A stretch of 64,000 nt of DNA from the NCBI RefSeq assembly GCF_036321535.1, contig NC_087437.1, positions 79,982,001-80,046,000 on the forward strand, in the 5' to 3' direction. Positions 50,701 to 64,000 of the stretch are shown here, piece after piece (the stretch's first letter is position 1; every line of letters begins with the position of its first letter). The translations under genes and the position numbers were made by a program. This stretch comes from Camelus dromedarius. Taxonomy: Eukaryota. The notes below the pieces were generated by a model. That model was not told the origin of the DNA. It searched no databases and was given only the letters and a program-made list of their open reading frames with translations.

Positions 50701-52682
50701 AAATCGGCCTCAGGATCGGCAGAGATAAATTCTAGTGGAACTAAGGTAAAGGTAAAGTGAAGAAGGGAGCCCTGGTCATTAAGCTGGACATGAAGTTTGC
50801 ATAGAACTTGCCTGTGGATGGATAGACCTTGATTCCTGAGTTATGTTTATATGGAATTTAAAATAAATGTTTTTGCATGGATTATTATAGTATTATAATG
50901 TAAATATTTTTACACATGGTCCTCTAGGTGGTGAGGCCACCATGATATCCAAAAATAAGGACCACCTTACTGCTATTTATGAACATTACCAGAAATAAAC
51001 CCACAGAGAGTGAGAGGAGAATCAAGGGGAACTGGAAGGTTTAAACACGATTCTTCGGAGGCTTTGCTGGTGGAGAGACCAAGGTGACAGAGATAACCCT
51101 AGTGCATTGGGAAATAAATGTCATCTTCAAGGTGGAAACAGGTGGAAATTGGAAAGGAAGAAATCCAGGCAAGACATCAGAGGCATTGTTATCAAAGGCA
51201 TTATTAGCTCTTTGAGTTTTGAGCATAGATATTTTGGATGACTAGACGTGCTGTGGGGGGTAACTTCGGATGGCTGGTTAGTTATGGTAGGATTAGAAAC
51301 TTGTACTTGGCCATCTTTACTGGGATTTGGAGGTCTTAATAATTTTGAGTCAGTTATAAAATTATCATCACTAGCAAATTATTTACAATTTGTAATATTT
51401 AAATTTGATTTGGTTCAAGTAAGGAAGTTAATAAGGAGGAAAAGTCATCTACTCAACATGGAGAGTTGTCACTTTCAACATTGTTTTCTTACAGCAAACT
51501 GACCCCAGATATGCTCCACAGAAATATGGATTATTTTCTTTTATTGGGCCTACCCCAAAGTATTCCTAATTATTGGCAACAAGAGCTGAGTTTCCATGCA
51601 GTGTAATTCTATGAGCTATTTCTGACAGCTTGATGGAGATAAGAATTGAGCCTTTGACAAACCACACATCAATCATTTTCAAACCATTCAAAACATATCA
51701 GACCCTCAGGGAGCATGGGCTAAGTTTGAAATTTCATATTTAATAAACTTCTGCATTTTAAAGGGCCTATTTTTAAAATAATAATATGTCTGCACAAACA
51801 GTAATGAATGAATAATTAAAGCAATTGTTTGGATTTCAGGCCCAAGTGACTTTTTGCTTAATTACCCATTTCAGGTAAAACTTTCTTTTCATTGTGGGAC
51901 AGGAGGTGTGGAAGAAAAGGTAAAGATAATCTAACTGAAACATAATGATAGTGGCTAATATAAAATAGAGAAAAAATTATTAGCGTATAATCCAAATCAG
52001 AATTCTGCTGTGTTTTTCAAGACAACTTTAGAACTATAGAGTTAGAAAGAGTATCAAAGGCTACTTTTATAAACCTTTATTTTTAAAACGAAGAAACTTT
52101 TGCCTAGAGAAGTGAACTCCCAAGTCCTACATCTTGTTAGGACAAAAGCTGGAACCGGAACCAGTTTTTCAGACTTCTGTATGTGTTGTTTATAAGGCAT
52201 GTCTGTTTTATTCAGCTGATTCTGTATGTCTCTGGGTTTATGCTCATTAAGCAATATCCCATTTGGAGAGTGTGTGTGACAATGCATGCACAAATGTACA
52301 CATGAGAATATATGTGTATGAACAGGTGTGTCCACTAGCTTGATGAGCACAAATGAGCGCACTGGTGGGGATATTGCAAATGGTATCCAAACAGGCAATT
52401 TAAGGAGGTTTAATAGGACTACTTATAAAGATGGAGGGAATTCACAAGAGAGTCAAGTTATGGGTTCGGGGAAGGTTTCCAGAACTTTCAGTAGTAGTAT
52501 GGGGAGACTTGTCTGGCAAGAGCTGCATGGACTTCACACTCATCCTCGGACAGCGCCACCTATTGGACAAGTGCAGCCAGAAACTATTCAGCCGGGGCAG
52601 CCAGGGGATGCTGTTCACATGGGCCAGGGAAGGGCAGAGTGGATCCGGATGGGAAAATATAACATGTCCAGTAGTGTATACA

Positions 52683-52735
52683 TGTGTGCGTGCGTGTTTG
52701 TGTGTGTGTGAGTGTGTGTGTGTGTGTGTGAGTGT
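52683..52735. repeat. Interrupted (TG)n microsatellite, ZPLD1 intron
   Basis: Read directly from the sequence. Confidence 0.9.
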
Positions 52736-52846
52736 AAAGGGAAAAGTGATGAAGATAATATTGCCCGTCATGTGTAAGTTGAATAAACAGAAAACTATTG
52801 TGAAATTACAGTTGTCTAGCAGTTTATCTCACCTCACAGTTAATTA

Positions 52847-53050
<204 letters not shown>

Positions 53051-54084
53051 CTAAGGAGTTAATGAAAATAAATGAAATTCCACACCAGCCCACAATTGTT
53101 TCTTTATGGCCATTTGGAATGCAGATTCTTTTGGAAGAGATACCAAATGTTTAATTTTATTCATTTACTTCTGTGCATTTATTTTAACTACTTTGCATAT
53201 AACTGTTGCAGTGTTTCTTATCCTGGCTGGGGCCACATTTCTTATTTCTTCCTGTTGTAATTGTGCATTGCCTCATTAATTTACATGGCTCAATTGCCCT
53301 CCTGAAAAAGAGCTGTGTTTATCAAACTTTTCTACTTTTATTTCTCTCAAGCCTTTAATAAATCTTCCCCTGAAATGTTGGTCAGGACAGAGCCAAGGAA
53401 ATGTGGACTCTCCATTTAACCCCGTGTGATATTTCTAATTAGGACTAAAGCAATCAATGATTGTGAAGAAATGCGTGAATTTGAGTATAATTATAAACAC
53501 ATTAAGGCTATTTCAAATCAAAAAACATGACTGCATTTTTCTCAGGTGAGAATACTAATGGAACCTTCTAAGGGGCTTGTCAGAAATAGAATTTTTTTTC
53601 TTCACTAGTAAATGTATCTATATTTTAGTGGTGGCAGTACAGAGTCCAGATCCACACTTTTCACAGCTTTTAATTTTTAATCCGAGGGATTCCTAATCTA
53701 ACTTTCCAGTGCTGGCCCTGCCCGCATCCCAGGTTTTCTCATCGTCCTCTGCTCCGCTCCGCACCCCTGCTCAAGGACTAGAAGCCCCTGGTTGCTCTTT
53801 GTCATGTGTCTGTGACTTTGAGCATCCTTTGGCATGGACTGTCTCTCACACTTGATTTTGCCCTTTGGGGTTCATCTGTTTTCAGAGTCACCACTTGAGT
53901 TGCATCCCTTCCACCACGCCTCCCAGCCTCTCCTGCTTCATTTCTCTGACCATGGTGAATAGTGCCTCTTACCACAACCCACGTATACGTCTGCCTTTGC
54001 ACCAAAACATTTTTGTCTTACTTTCTTCCATGACCATCTCATTCTCCTAAGGGATAAGCCAAGTGAATTCAGAACTCATGCACA

Positions 54085-54153
54085 GGTCTCTGTATTCCCA
54101 GGATAATGCCTAGCACAAAGTAGGCACTCAATAAATCTTTACTGGATGAATGA
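54085..54153 (+). mobile_element. L2 3' tail
   Basis: tgcctagcacaaagtaggcactcaataaat...gatgaatgaa. Confidence 0.65.
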
Positions 54154-54270
54154 AAAAAAATCCTTCTTCAAGCACACTGCTGCGTACTCACTTTCTACGG
54201 AGAAATTAGTTCCTAACACTTGATAACCTTCCAGCTTGGATCAGTTCAACAGCTCAGAATAAAGTTGCTA

Positions 54271-54516
<246 letters not shown>

Positions 54517-54689
54517 TTAATTCTGCAATACTAAGAGTACTCCATTACATTAAGAGTTAACAAAATTATGCCGTGTAACAGATATTTAATAAGAGAATAA
54601 GCCAACTCGACAGATGTGACAAGGGTGACCTTGATCATAAAATTTAAACAGATCAGTTTCTGATTAAAGATTACTGTCAAATTTTAGAG

Positions 54690-56000
54690 GAATTATACTT
54701 TCACACAGTTCAAAAACTCAAACAGTATAAAATATATACAGTAAAAAGTCTTTCGCCTCATTTTGCCCTTGTGCATGCTATTCCACGTCCACATGCAAAC
54801 CCAAGTGATCTCACACGTCACTGCATCTCCATAGGACATACGCAAATAGAAGCAGAAGTAATATTCTCAGTGTTCTCCCTTCTTGTGCTGACAAATGATA
54901 GCACACTGTATTTTTTTGTACCATGCCTTTTTAAATTTAGCAATCTAGCTTAGAGATTTTTCCTAATCAAAATTTAGAGAGCCTCCTTAGTTTTTTTTCC
55001 ATAGTTGTATATTACTTCATCATGCACATGTGTCAGAATTTATTTGGCCAGGGTCTTATTTATGTATATTTGAATTGTTTTGACTCTTTTGTATTTTACA
55101 AAGTAGTAATGAATAGCCTTACAATACATCTATTTATCTGCAGGATCATTTAACAGATTTTGCCACATTGCCCTCTATAAAGATTGTTGCGTTTTGTACT
55201 CCGCCAGTAACATATGAAAAAATCACTCTCTCTCTGAGTTACATCAACAAAGCGTATGCATAAAATTTTGAATTGTTCCCTATTTAATAGGAACAATAAA
55301 ATATCACCATATAGTTTTAATTTGCCTTTTACTTAGTGTGAATGAATATGTGCATCCCTTCATGTTTATTAGAGCCATTTGTGTTTCTTTATCTGAAAAT
55401 TGTTTCTTTGCCCCAATTTTTATTGTGTTCTTGGCCATTTCCTTCTGATTCCTGTAAATTTTTGTTTTTAGGAAATGTAGCTCCTTGTTTGTTATGTAAG
55501 TTGTAAATGGTTTTCCTCTGTTCGGCTTTGGACAGTCTTCACAGTGTGTGTGTCTGCACACAGAAATTTTATTTTTATTTAATTTATTTTTCAATATTTT
55601 ATTTTATGGTTTCTAGTATGTGGGCTGAAGACGGTTTTCCTACTCCAATGTTCTAAAGCTACGTTGCATGTTTTCTTCTACCACTTTTAAAAGTGTAGTT
55701 TTTACATTTAAATTAATAATCTATTTAAAGTTCATCATGGTATATTGAGTGAAGCACAGATTCTGTGCTATTTTTTCTTATAGTTATTTTACTGTCCAGC
55801 ACTGTTTTAAAACATCTCTGTTAATGCCACTGATTTGTATGGTATCACACTCTATCATACGGTAAATTTCCACATTTTGAATCGGTTTCTCTCCTGTTCT
55901 AAATTTTTATCTATGTGTCTGTCCTCACATAGTACATGTCCCTTTAATAGCATTAGGGCTTCTATTACCTGTAATACCTGGTGGGGCCGTACCCTCCTCA
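54690..56000 (-). mobile_element. Ancient L1 (L1ME-like), intronic
   Basis: T-rich antisense L1 motifs (atagttttaatttgcc..., ttcatgtttattagagccatttgtgtttctt). Track ORF 55304..55594(-) has the decayed ORF2-like KQFSDKETQMALINMKGC. Confidence 0.7.
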
Positions 56001-57764
56001 TTTCCATGTGGATCTCCCCCTTCCTTTGGTATTCTGTGGGTTTGTTGTTTAGCCCTTTTTTCTCGATTAAGTTAGCTTGTGCCCCTCTGTTCCTGCAGGT
56101 GTGCCTTCTTCCTGGGGCTTTCTGGGATCTGTGCCACGGGGGCCCCTCAGCATTCACTTTTCTTCCCTGTTCCTCCTGCCACCTCTTCCCACACTGCTTT
56201 CTGCAAGCTTTTCCCTGCACTGTTTTGTCTTGATCTTAACCACTTTTATCCACATTAACACATACTTTGGGATTTCTAGGTTTTCTGTTCCTCCTAGTTT
56301 CACTGCAAATGGTATTTGGACGACTTTTTTTAGTTACCCATTTCAGTCGCTATAATTTCCAAGAAGAAAACTGAAAGGAGGACTAAGCTGAAGCCATAGT
56401 CATACAGAAAGTCTGATGACCAGATTCCAGATTATCAATATGCAATCATTATAGAAATTCTGGAAAATAAGAGAAATGTCAGAGCAGAATGATCCACAGT
56501 TCCACTGTGCATGAATAACCCTGTGAACCTTTTGATGTGCTTCCTTACAGTCTTTTCCATCATGTAGTATATACACGAGGTCAACTGTACAAATAGCTGT
56601 ATGTGCTAATTCTTCCCCTTCATATTTTAACCCATTTAAATTTTAAAGAACCACATATTTCTAAACATAGAAATATCAAGAAGACAGAAGGGGAAGAGAT
56701 AAAATAGAACCATTTTTTTTTCTGTTTTATAAATAACTTTATGTGATTATAGTGCCTGTGTGAGCTCTCAACTTACTGGTTCTGCATAATTAAAATAGCC
56801 ATTCCCTTACTGCTGAATATGCATTTGGTACCCATGTTTTACTATTTTAACTAGCACTGATTGACAAAAAATCATAAATATTTTAGAATATGCTTCCTAA
56901 TTCATAAACATAGAATCAAAGAATATGAAGTCTTCTAAAGATTTTTAATATATACTGACATTTTTTCCCAAAAGTATTGCCCAAAATAAAACTTCCAGCA
57001 ATAGGATATAAGGATGTCAGTTTGACCATACCCTATGAATATCATCTTAACCTTAACTAGCCAATAAAACTTATTCTTTTGGTTTCCCATTATATTACTC
57101 CCATCACGTGTCAATAAGTAGCCGTGATCAGAGCCCACTGCATTTTATAAGCATGATTAGAAGCCATTGCTCGAATCTCAAGTCTGTTCCCCTGTCAGAT
57201 AAAAATTCTGAAAGGGGACTGGGATGATTGAATGTTTTTATGATCAATGTCCCCTTTCCCCAAATGTAGATTACATTCACTCTGTCACTGTCTACTGCAG
57301 AATGAACTTGAAGTTATTGGCTCTGATAAAAAAAAAGGAGTGGTAGGCTATATTACACTTTCATATTAAATACTGATAAATGAAGAAAAGCATCTTGGGG
57401 TCTAAATTATCTAGACCATTGGTTTAATTTTACTCTCCTTTTGACATACCATGAGACAGCCTAGTTTCAGATAAATAGTACCCTCTCTGCCTTTCTCTTA
57501 TTGCCAATAATACCCTAATCATGCTTTTCCTAAGACAGTGAAATAGTCCCATGTCCTAAACATGAATAAAACATCTTTGATGGACCAAACTTACTTTCAA
57601 CTCTCATTCAACAACAGCCATATCAGTATTTCATGTTGAAAACTGTTCTTCACTGTTATACTTACAACTTTATGAGGACTAAAAGTTCAAAATGTAAAAC
57701 TTTAAGTTCAAAAACTATAAAAGTACTGTATAATTTGTTTGTCTGACTTAGCTTCTCTATTTCA

Positions 57765-57917
<153 letters not shown>

Positions 57918-58409
57918 CTAGTGTCAGAATCTCCTTTCTGGAGGTAGATATTGACAAACACGTTACTCCGTGGTAAATAGTTTTTATTAATTATTTGCAG
58001 AGACTTCTTGGTAATTAAAATGTTGTCCTAAACTCAAAGTGCTTAAAAGTCTGCAACAAATTGCCATCACACATCAAGAATCATATATATCCAAGAATAG
58101 AAATGCCATGAAGACAGAAAGAGAAAAGAGAAAATAGAACCAAATTTCTCGAGTAGAGTAATCTTCTCAGGCTGCAAAGTTTAAATAATAATAAATGAGA
58201 AGCCCAAAATAAACCAGTTACATGTTACAATTTTGTTTTAATTAGGGCAGGAATGGATCTTCAGCTTTTGGATTTCCTTTCAATTTTGATCACTTTGGAT
58301 TCTCTAAGTATCATATGAAACTCAAATGGTTTTTGTTTCTTGCAAAGATATTTCTGGGGACTGTATTATGTAACTTTGGTTCAGATCCTTATGGGAAAAG
58401 TTCTTTTGT

Positions 58410-58580
58410 CTTTTAATAAATTTTTATTGGAGAGTAACATACACTTAGAAAAGTGTACAAATCATAAGTGTTCACAAAATAACTGCATCTGATTAATCAT
58501 TTTTCAAATGAAAAAACAGAACATTCTAGTCTCCCAGAAGATTTCCCCATGCCCTCTTCCAGTCACTACCCCCCCCCCCT
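58410..58580 (-). mobile_element. Old L1 3'-end fragment
   Basis: ttttattggagagtaacatacac...aaagtgtacaaatcataagtg...aaacagaacatt...ccagaag...ccagtcactaccccc. Confidence 0.6.
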
Positions 58581-58769
58581 TTATGGGAAGAATTGTACTT
58601 TTCCAATTAATGGCATAAAGTGTATGTCACCTCTTAATCTGTGTAATTTGTTATTTCGATTTATTTTCATTCCGAAATGGTGTGGTAATGACAATATTTT
58701 TTTAAATTAAAAACGAATGCGCCAACTTTATGATTCATGGGGCTTTACACAGCCAAAATGTTTTAATCA

Positions 58770-58892
<123 letters not shown>

Positions 58893-59002
58893 CTAATGAT
58901 AAAAAATAAGCAATTAATCCACCATTGTCTTCCCTACAACAGCACATTTACTAAAATATATACATATATATATATGTATATAGTGTCTTATAAAAAAGAG
59001 TT

Positions 59003-59120
59003 GGGGGAGGGTATAGCTCAAGTGGTAGAGCACCTGGTTAGCACGATTAAGGTCCTGCGCTCAATGCCCAGGACTTCCTCTAAGAATAAATAAGTAAACC
59101 TAATTAATTCCCCCTACCAG
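59003..59120 (+). mobile_element. tRNA-derived SINE of camelid (vic-1-like) type
   Basis: GGGGAGGGTATAGCTCAAGTGGTAGAGC (A box), a decayed B box, then the non-tRNA tail cctctaagaataaataagtaaacctaatta...ccccc. Confidence 0.8.
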
Positions 59121-61127
59121 AAAGAGGGGGCAAACCAACATAAACCTACAGAACCATCTCCAAAAAGGACTTGGTTTATCCTCTAGTTTCTTGGCAGAAC
59201 TGTTCCTAAACCACATCCAAGTGACAAATTCACTTCCATGCAAATTTTTTTTGTTTCCATAGTTTACCACATATGATACTTAATGTTCAAGGTATTTAAG
59301 TTATATGCACTGGTTACTAGTGAGAGGTTAACATGCTTTTCTAATATTCAATTATCAATATTTAGTTTATTTAGATTAATATTCCATTTATTTAAATTAT
59401 ATTAGTGGCTAACTTTCAGTTTCTTTAAGTCATATCTGCTTCAGTTAAAGCCCTTTGGCACTGAAGCTGTAGGTCTTTATATTCTTGATAATCTCTCATT
59501 GACCCGAAGTGACTTATCTGGCAATTTGGCAATATTTAACAGAAAGCCAAGAAAGAGACCAGTATGTTCTCTGAGTTGCCAAAATGCATGCCATAGATTC
59601 CTGCTCTACATTACATGGTGGGTACTTGTGTCTCGTGACTTCATTTCTACCTTTTGCCCGTATTTCAGACCAATTCTGGAAAGCTTGTTTAAATCACTCT
59701 CCAATCTGCTGTAGACTAAAGCTGCAGATTAAAATTGAGTAGTGATAATAAAGAAAAACAGAAAAAATGTAGAATAAAAACAAGTCTTCTAAAAAATCTA
59801 AGCTGTCAAATCATTTAGCATGGAGGCAAGTTGCTTCCCTCAAATTTAATAACTCTGAGGATATTGCTATTTTGTAGCACAGGGAAGTTTTTAATGTTCA
59901 TTATGAAACCTCAAAGTCATCAAGCCAATGCAAAATACAGAGCATACTCTGTTTAAGAAGGCTAGGAAGAAAATAACAGATATTGAATTTCTTAAATTAA
60001 AACAATAATAGTTTGGATGCTTCACTTTTGAAAAAGTTGCATTTATGTGGAACACTTCATTCCCAAATAAAGCCAGATAAATGAGAGATTATATGCTGCA
60101 CTTATTTTCTATATTTCTGTGATAAATGATAATAGTTATAATAGTTCCTCTAACCATTTCTGATAGGTGGTATTTTTATTTATCTTTCTGGCTTCCTTTT
60201 CCAACTTCTTTAAGTTATCCACACTTCATTAACTACACAGCTCTTTCATTTTGTGCTTGCATCAGTATTGTACAGAAGAATACTTGCTTTTTAACAAGTA
60301 TCATACTACAAAGTCATTTGCAAATGATATGACTCAGCTATGGTTTAATCATAAATCAATTTTTTCTCCTAAAATTCTTCGAAAAGGTAATCTTCTGATT
60401 TCATTTTGTATAGTTGCCTTTACTCTTGTTAGCACAATATTGACCATAAAATCAATTATATTTATTTTAGATTTTTTCTTCAACTTTTAAAAAACATTCA
60501 TAATTACCATAACTCAGTTTCAGATTTACTGTTTCTGTATCTGCTTAGAAGATAGTATTATTTGGGTGCAATTCAAATTAACAGTCATTCTCACTTTTAG
60601 TTTCCACAGAGGAAAAAACTGATCTGTTTATACTATGCAAAAATAAGATCACAGTTCAACTTGAAATAACCTGCATATATTGAAATCACATGGTCAATAA
60701 AAGTCATTGTATTTATAGGTAAAATTTTCCTTAGTACATTTACTGGATCCCCAAACACACAGAAATAAACAATTGCACTAAATTCAAACTGAGTACAGCT
60801 TTTCCTTTCCAAATAACTGACCACAGAATAAGACTAGTAGGTATGTAATAAACTTTTCATCATTCCTAAGGACTACAAATAAAAAACTGCATATGAAATA
60901 GAAAGATACGGCCCTTAATGGTTATAAAATAATATTTATTTTGAAATGCTACAATAAAATTACATTTGGGTAGCTAAATGTTACTGTTTCAAAGAAACAA
61001 TAAATGTGGTTTTAGATCAATTAGCTACAGTATATCAGTTTTTTCAGCGTACATTACTAGATTTTTAATGCCCTATAAGATGGCAAAATACTACAATAGT
61101 GCCACATTAAGGAAAAAAGAACTAGTT

Positions 61128-61438
61128 TGAGGCAGTGAAACTCTTCTGTAACATACAGTAATGATGGACGCATGTTATATACATTTGTCAAAGCCCATAG
61201 AATATACAACACGAAGCTTTAACCTAAATATAAACTATGGATTCTAGTTAATAATATATCAGTATTCGTTCATCAATTGTAACAAATATGCCACATGCCC
61301 TACAGTACAAGGTGTAAATAACAGAGGAAATTATGTGCAGGCACTGGAGGACTATAGGAAATTTCTGTACATGTAGATGAATTTTTCTGTAAATCTAAAA
61401 CTAAATAATAAAAATCTAAAAAATAGTTAATTTAAAAA
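61128..61438 (+). mobile_element. L1MC-like 3' end, intronic, antisense to ZPLD1
   Basis: ggcagtgaaact...tatacatttgtcaaagcccatagaat...tcatcaattgtaacaaat...ttttctgtaaatctaaaact. TSD AACTAGTT at 61120-61127 and 61439-61446. Confidence 0.85.
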
Positions 61439-63059
61439 AACTAGTTGGGGGAAGTGGTTGAATTTTATTAAATAACTGGTTAATAAATAACTTTTAAGTT
61501 ATTAATTCAACCATTAGTAATACTTTCATTGCAAATTAGTTAAAAGTAAGAAGGATTTTGGTACTAGGTGTTTCATTTATAGTTTGATATCAAGCAATTA
61601 TCTTTTTTACCATAGAATTAAAGTCTTAAGGTTATCATCAAATTGTAGGTTTCCATTTGGCTTTAAGATTCCAGAAATTCTTTGAAGGATCAGGTCTAGT
61701 TAGCAATAGGATTAACCATACCATTTCTAATGATAGAGAAAAGAGCTTAACAGCAAAGCTTTCTGCAAATCCACACTTCTTGATTTTATAATTTTCTAGT
61801 GAGAAAATAGTTTAATTTTATAGAAAACAGTGGTATCCGTAAATGTCATGGGGGTATATATTTTGCTGTTTTAAGATTGGGAATTCTCATTTTTGTTTCA
61901 CTCAATTATAACAAATAATACTGAATCCAAACCAGTCACCACAATTCTACCTCAGGGAGCTCACACATATAAATCAACAGACAGAAACGTTCTAATTTTA
62001 AAATATTGCTCACAACAATAATAAATATCTGGTCATACTGGGAATGAATATTGGTGCATATCTGCTGAGTATCATAAAACCAAGTATCTTGGCAGCTTCT
62101 CCTTGCAGAAAAAAGTTCAGAAATGACAGAAAGGCAATCTTCATTCCAACACATTTTAATTTGTTGTTTAGAACTCTATGGTGTCAGACTACAAACTTAT
62201 AAACATGATTTTTTTAAATGCCTTTGGAAAATGTCCTACTACAATATTTATAGCTCATTATATTCAAAGTATAAAGCACTGACTTATAAATCCGTTGCAT
62301 GAATTATAACTCAGTGCCATGATGACATGAATAATAATGTAAAAATCAGATTCATAATTTACAAAAATGTTGGTTGATAGATTGAAAAATTGATATTTAA
62401 ATCAGGCATTTAAAATGTATGAATAAAAATTTTTAATCAACATGAAAATATCATTTGGGGGATTAATGTTAGATTTATAAATAGAAATTCATGTATTTTT
62501 CACTTTTCACTGCCACTGTGGATATTTACATGACAAGTTTAGACAATACTATGGAGTCATCCCAAATTATTTCAGATGTGACAGAATTGACAACAGCCAA
62601 AACTCACATTGAAAATGTTAACACATTCATCACCAAGCACCATGCCTTCAAGTGAAGTATCATTTGGGCTTTTCCTGTCTTTTTTTTTAAACACCTTTAT
62701 GGTGGTATTTCCTATCTTTTTATCACAAATATATTATTCCCAAAATCTTGACTCTGACTATGGCTACACATACACATACACACACAAATGAATAAATACA
62801 CATAAAAATAGACACTTGGAATAACTATGCAGAATCACATTTATGAAATAAAATTTATATCATTTATTAATTTCTAGAAAATCATGGAGTGTTTAGTATA
62901 CCTTTATCGCTAAGATATATGAAAATTATAGTAAAGATAAATAAATGGTACCAAAGTATAACAGGATTAATGTGGCTTTTGGAAGATTTTATATAAAAGC
63001 CATTCGCATAAATGGCTCCTCAGAATAGCAAGAGAGAAAAGAACACTCTTCACCCATCA

Positions 63060-63182
<123 letters not shown>

Positions 63183-63473
63183 TTAAAGGTTTCCATTATA
63201 CCTTAATGTCAGATTTAAGGCACCAAAACTCTTGAGCAACCCTGACATACTTTTAACTAGGCCTGGAGTGTGCATATTGCTTAAATCACTGAACAGATAA
63301 TCACAAAGAAAGAGGGATCAAGCAAAGATCAACTGTTCTTTATGATTTTTTTATTTATAAAGAAATACTTTTTTCCATTTTTTATTACATACATAAGACC
63401 TTTTGCAGAAAACATCATTCCAAAAAAAATTTGAATCTGATGCAAATATATTTTCATCAATACCATTACAATA

Positions 63474-63577
63474 GAAGTTTCATGAGATCAGGGATTTCGT
63501 TTTTCTTTGTTCACAGCTGGAACATTGCATGGTACAGAGTTGGTGTACAATAAATACTTATTGAATAAATGAATAAA
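63474..63577 (+). mobile_element. L2 3' tail
   Basis: aagtttcatgagatcagggat...ttgttcacagctg...caataaatacttattgaataaatgaataaat. Confidence 0.65.
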
Positions 63578-64000
63578 TTTCCACATGCACTGAAGTTCAG
63601 GGAAGTATTTAGTGGGGAAGTTGAGGGGATCAGAGTGAGAGACTATGACCTACTTCCCTCTCCACCTGTACCCTTCTGACTCAAGGCCTTTCTTTTTTTT
63701 TTTTGTTTTTCACATCAAAATTTTGCTTTTAACCAGGCTTTTTATCACCACTGTGCCATTAAAAATCATCTATGAATATTTTTTTAAATGAAGCAAAATG
63801 TGTCCCCTATGTTCCCTTGTGACTAAGATTAAACAATAACTTTACCTTTGTGATAGAAAACCCTAGACCTGGAGAGGGAAAGTTTTTACTCCAACACCTA
63901 ATTTTCTCAAAAATATTTGACAAATTCATACGATTATATTGTAATGTGGATGGTAACCTGTCGTGGAATATGTGCTTTGAGAGTAATGAATGAATACATG

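Noticed and set aside
59003..59080. Possible tRNA gene
   Set aside because: The B box/T-arm is degenerate, there is no clean acceptor stem, and it runs into a SINE tail.

Overview
This is AT-rich, repeat-laden mammalian genomic DNA, most likely from a camelid, judging by a vic-1-type tRNA-derived SINE and cetartiodactyl-type L1 ends. The right-hand ~19 kb holds the 3' part of ZPLD1 (zona pellucida-like domain containing 1) on the minus strand. Seven coding exons (63138 down to 47080) have canonical GT-AG borders and compatible phases. They encode the last 245 aa: end of the ZP module, RERR furin-type site, transmembrane helix and tail. A ~2.4 kb 3' UTR follows, ending near an AATAAA at 44716-44721. 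The 5' exons lie beyond the right edge. The remaining ~44 kb is gene-poor and made of L1 elements of several ages (two nested pairs), ERVL/ERV1/MaLR LTRs, MIR, L2, DNA-transposon MITEs and microsatellites, plus one strong CTCF motif. Almost all ORFs in the supplied track are spurious or L1 debris. I see no CRISPR array, rRNA, true tRNA gene or new protein-coding system. The most unusual items are retroelement architectures: a ~350 bp 'mini-L1' made of only the 5' and 3' tips of L1, and a ~4.75 kb L1 that keeps both ends but has two large ORF2 deletions. Repeat family names come from recalled consensus similarity, and repeat boundaries are approximate unless a TSD is given.
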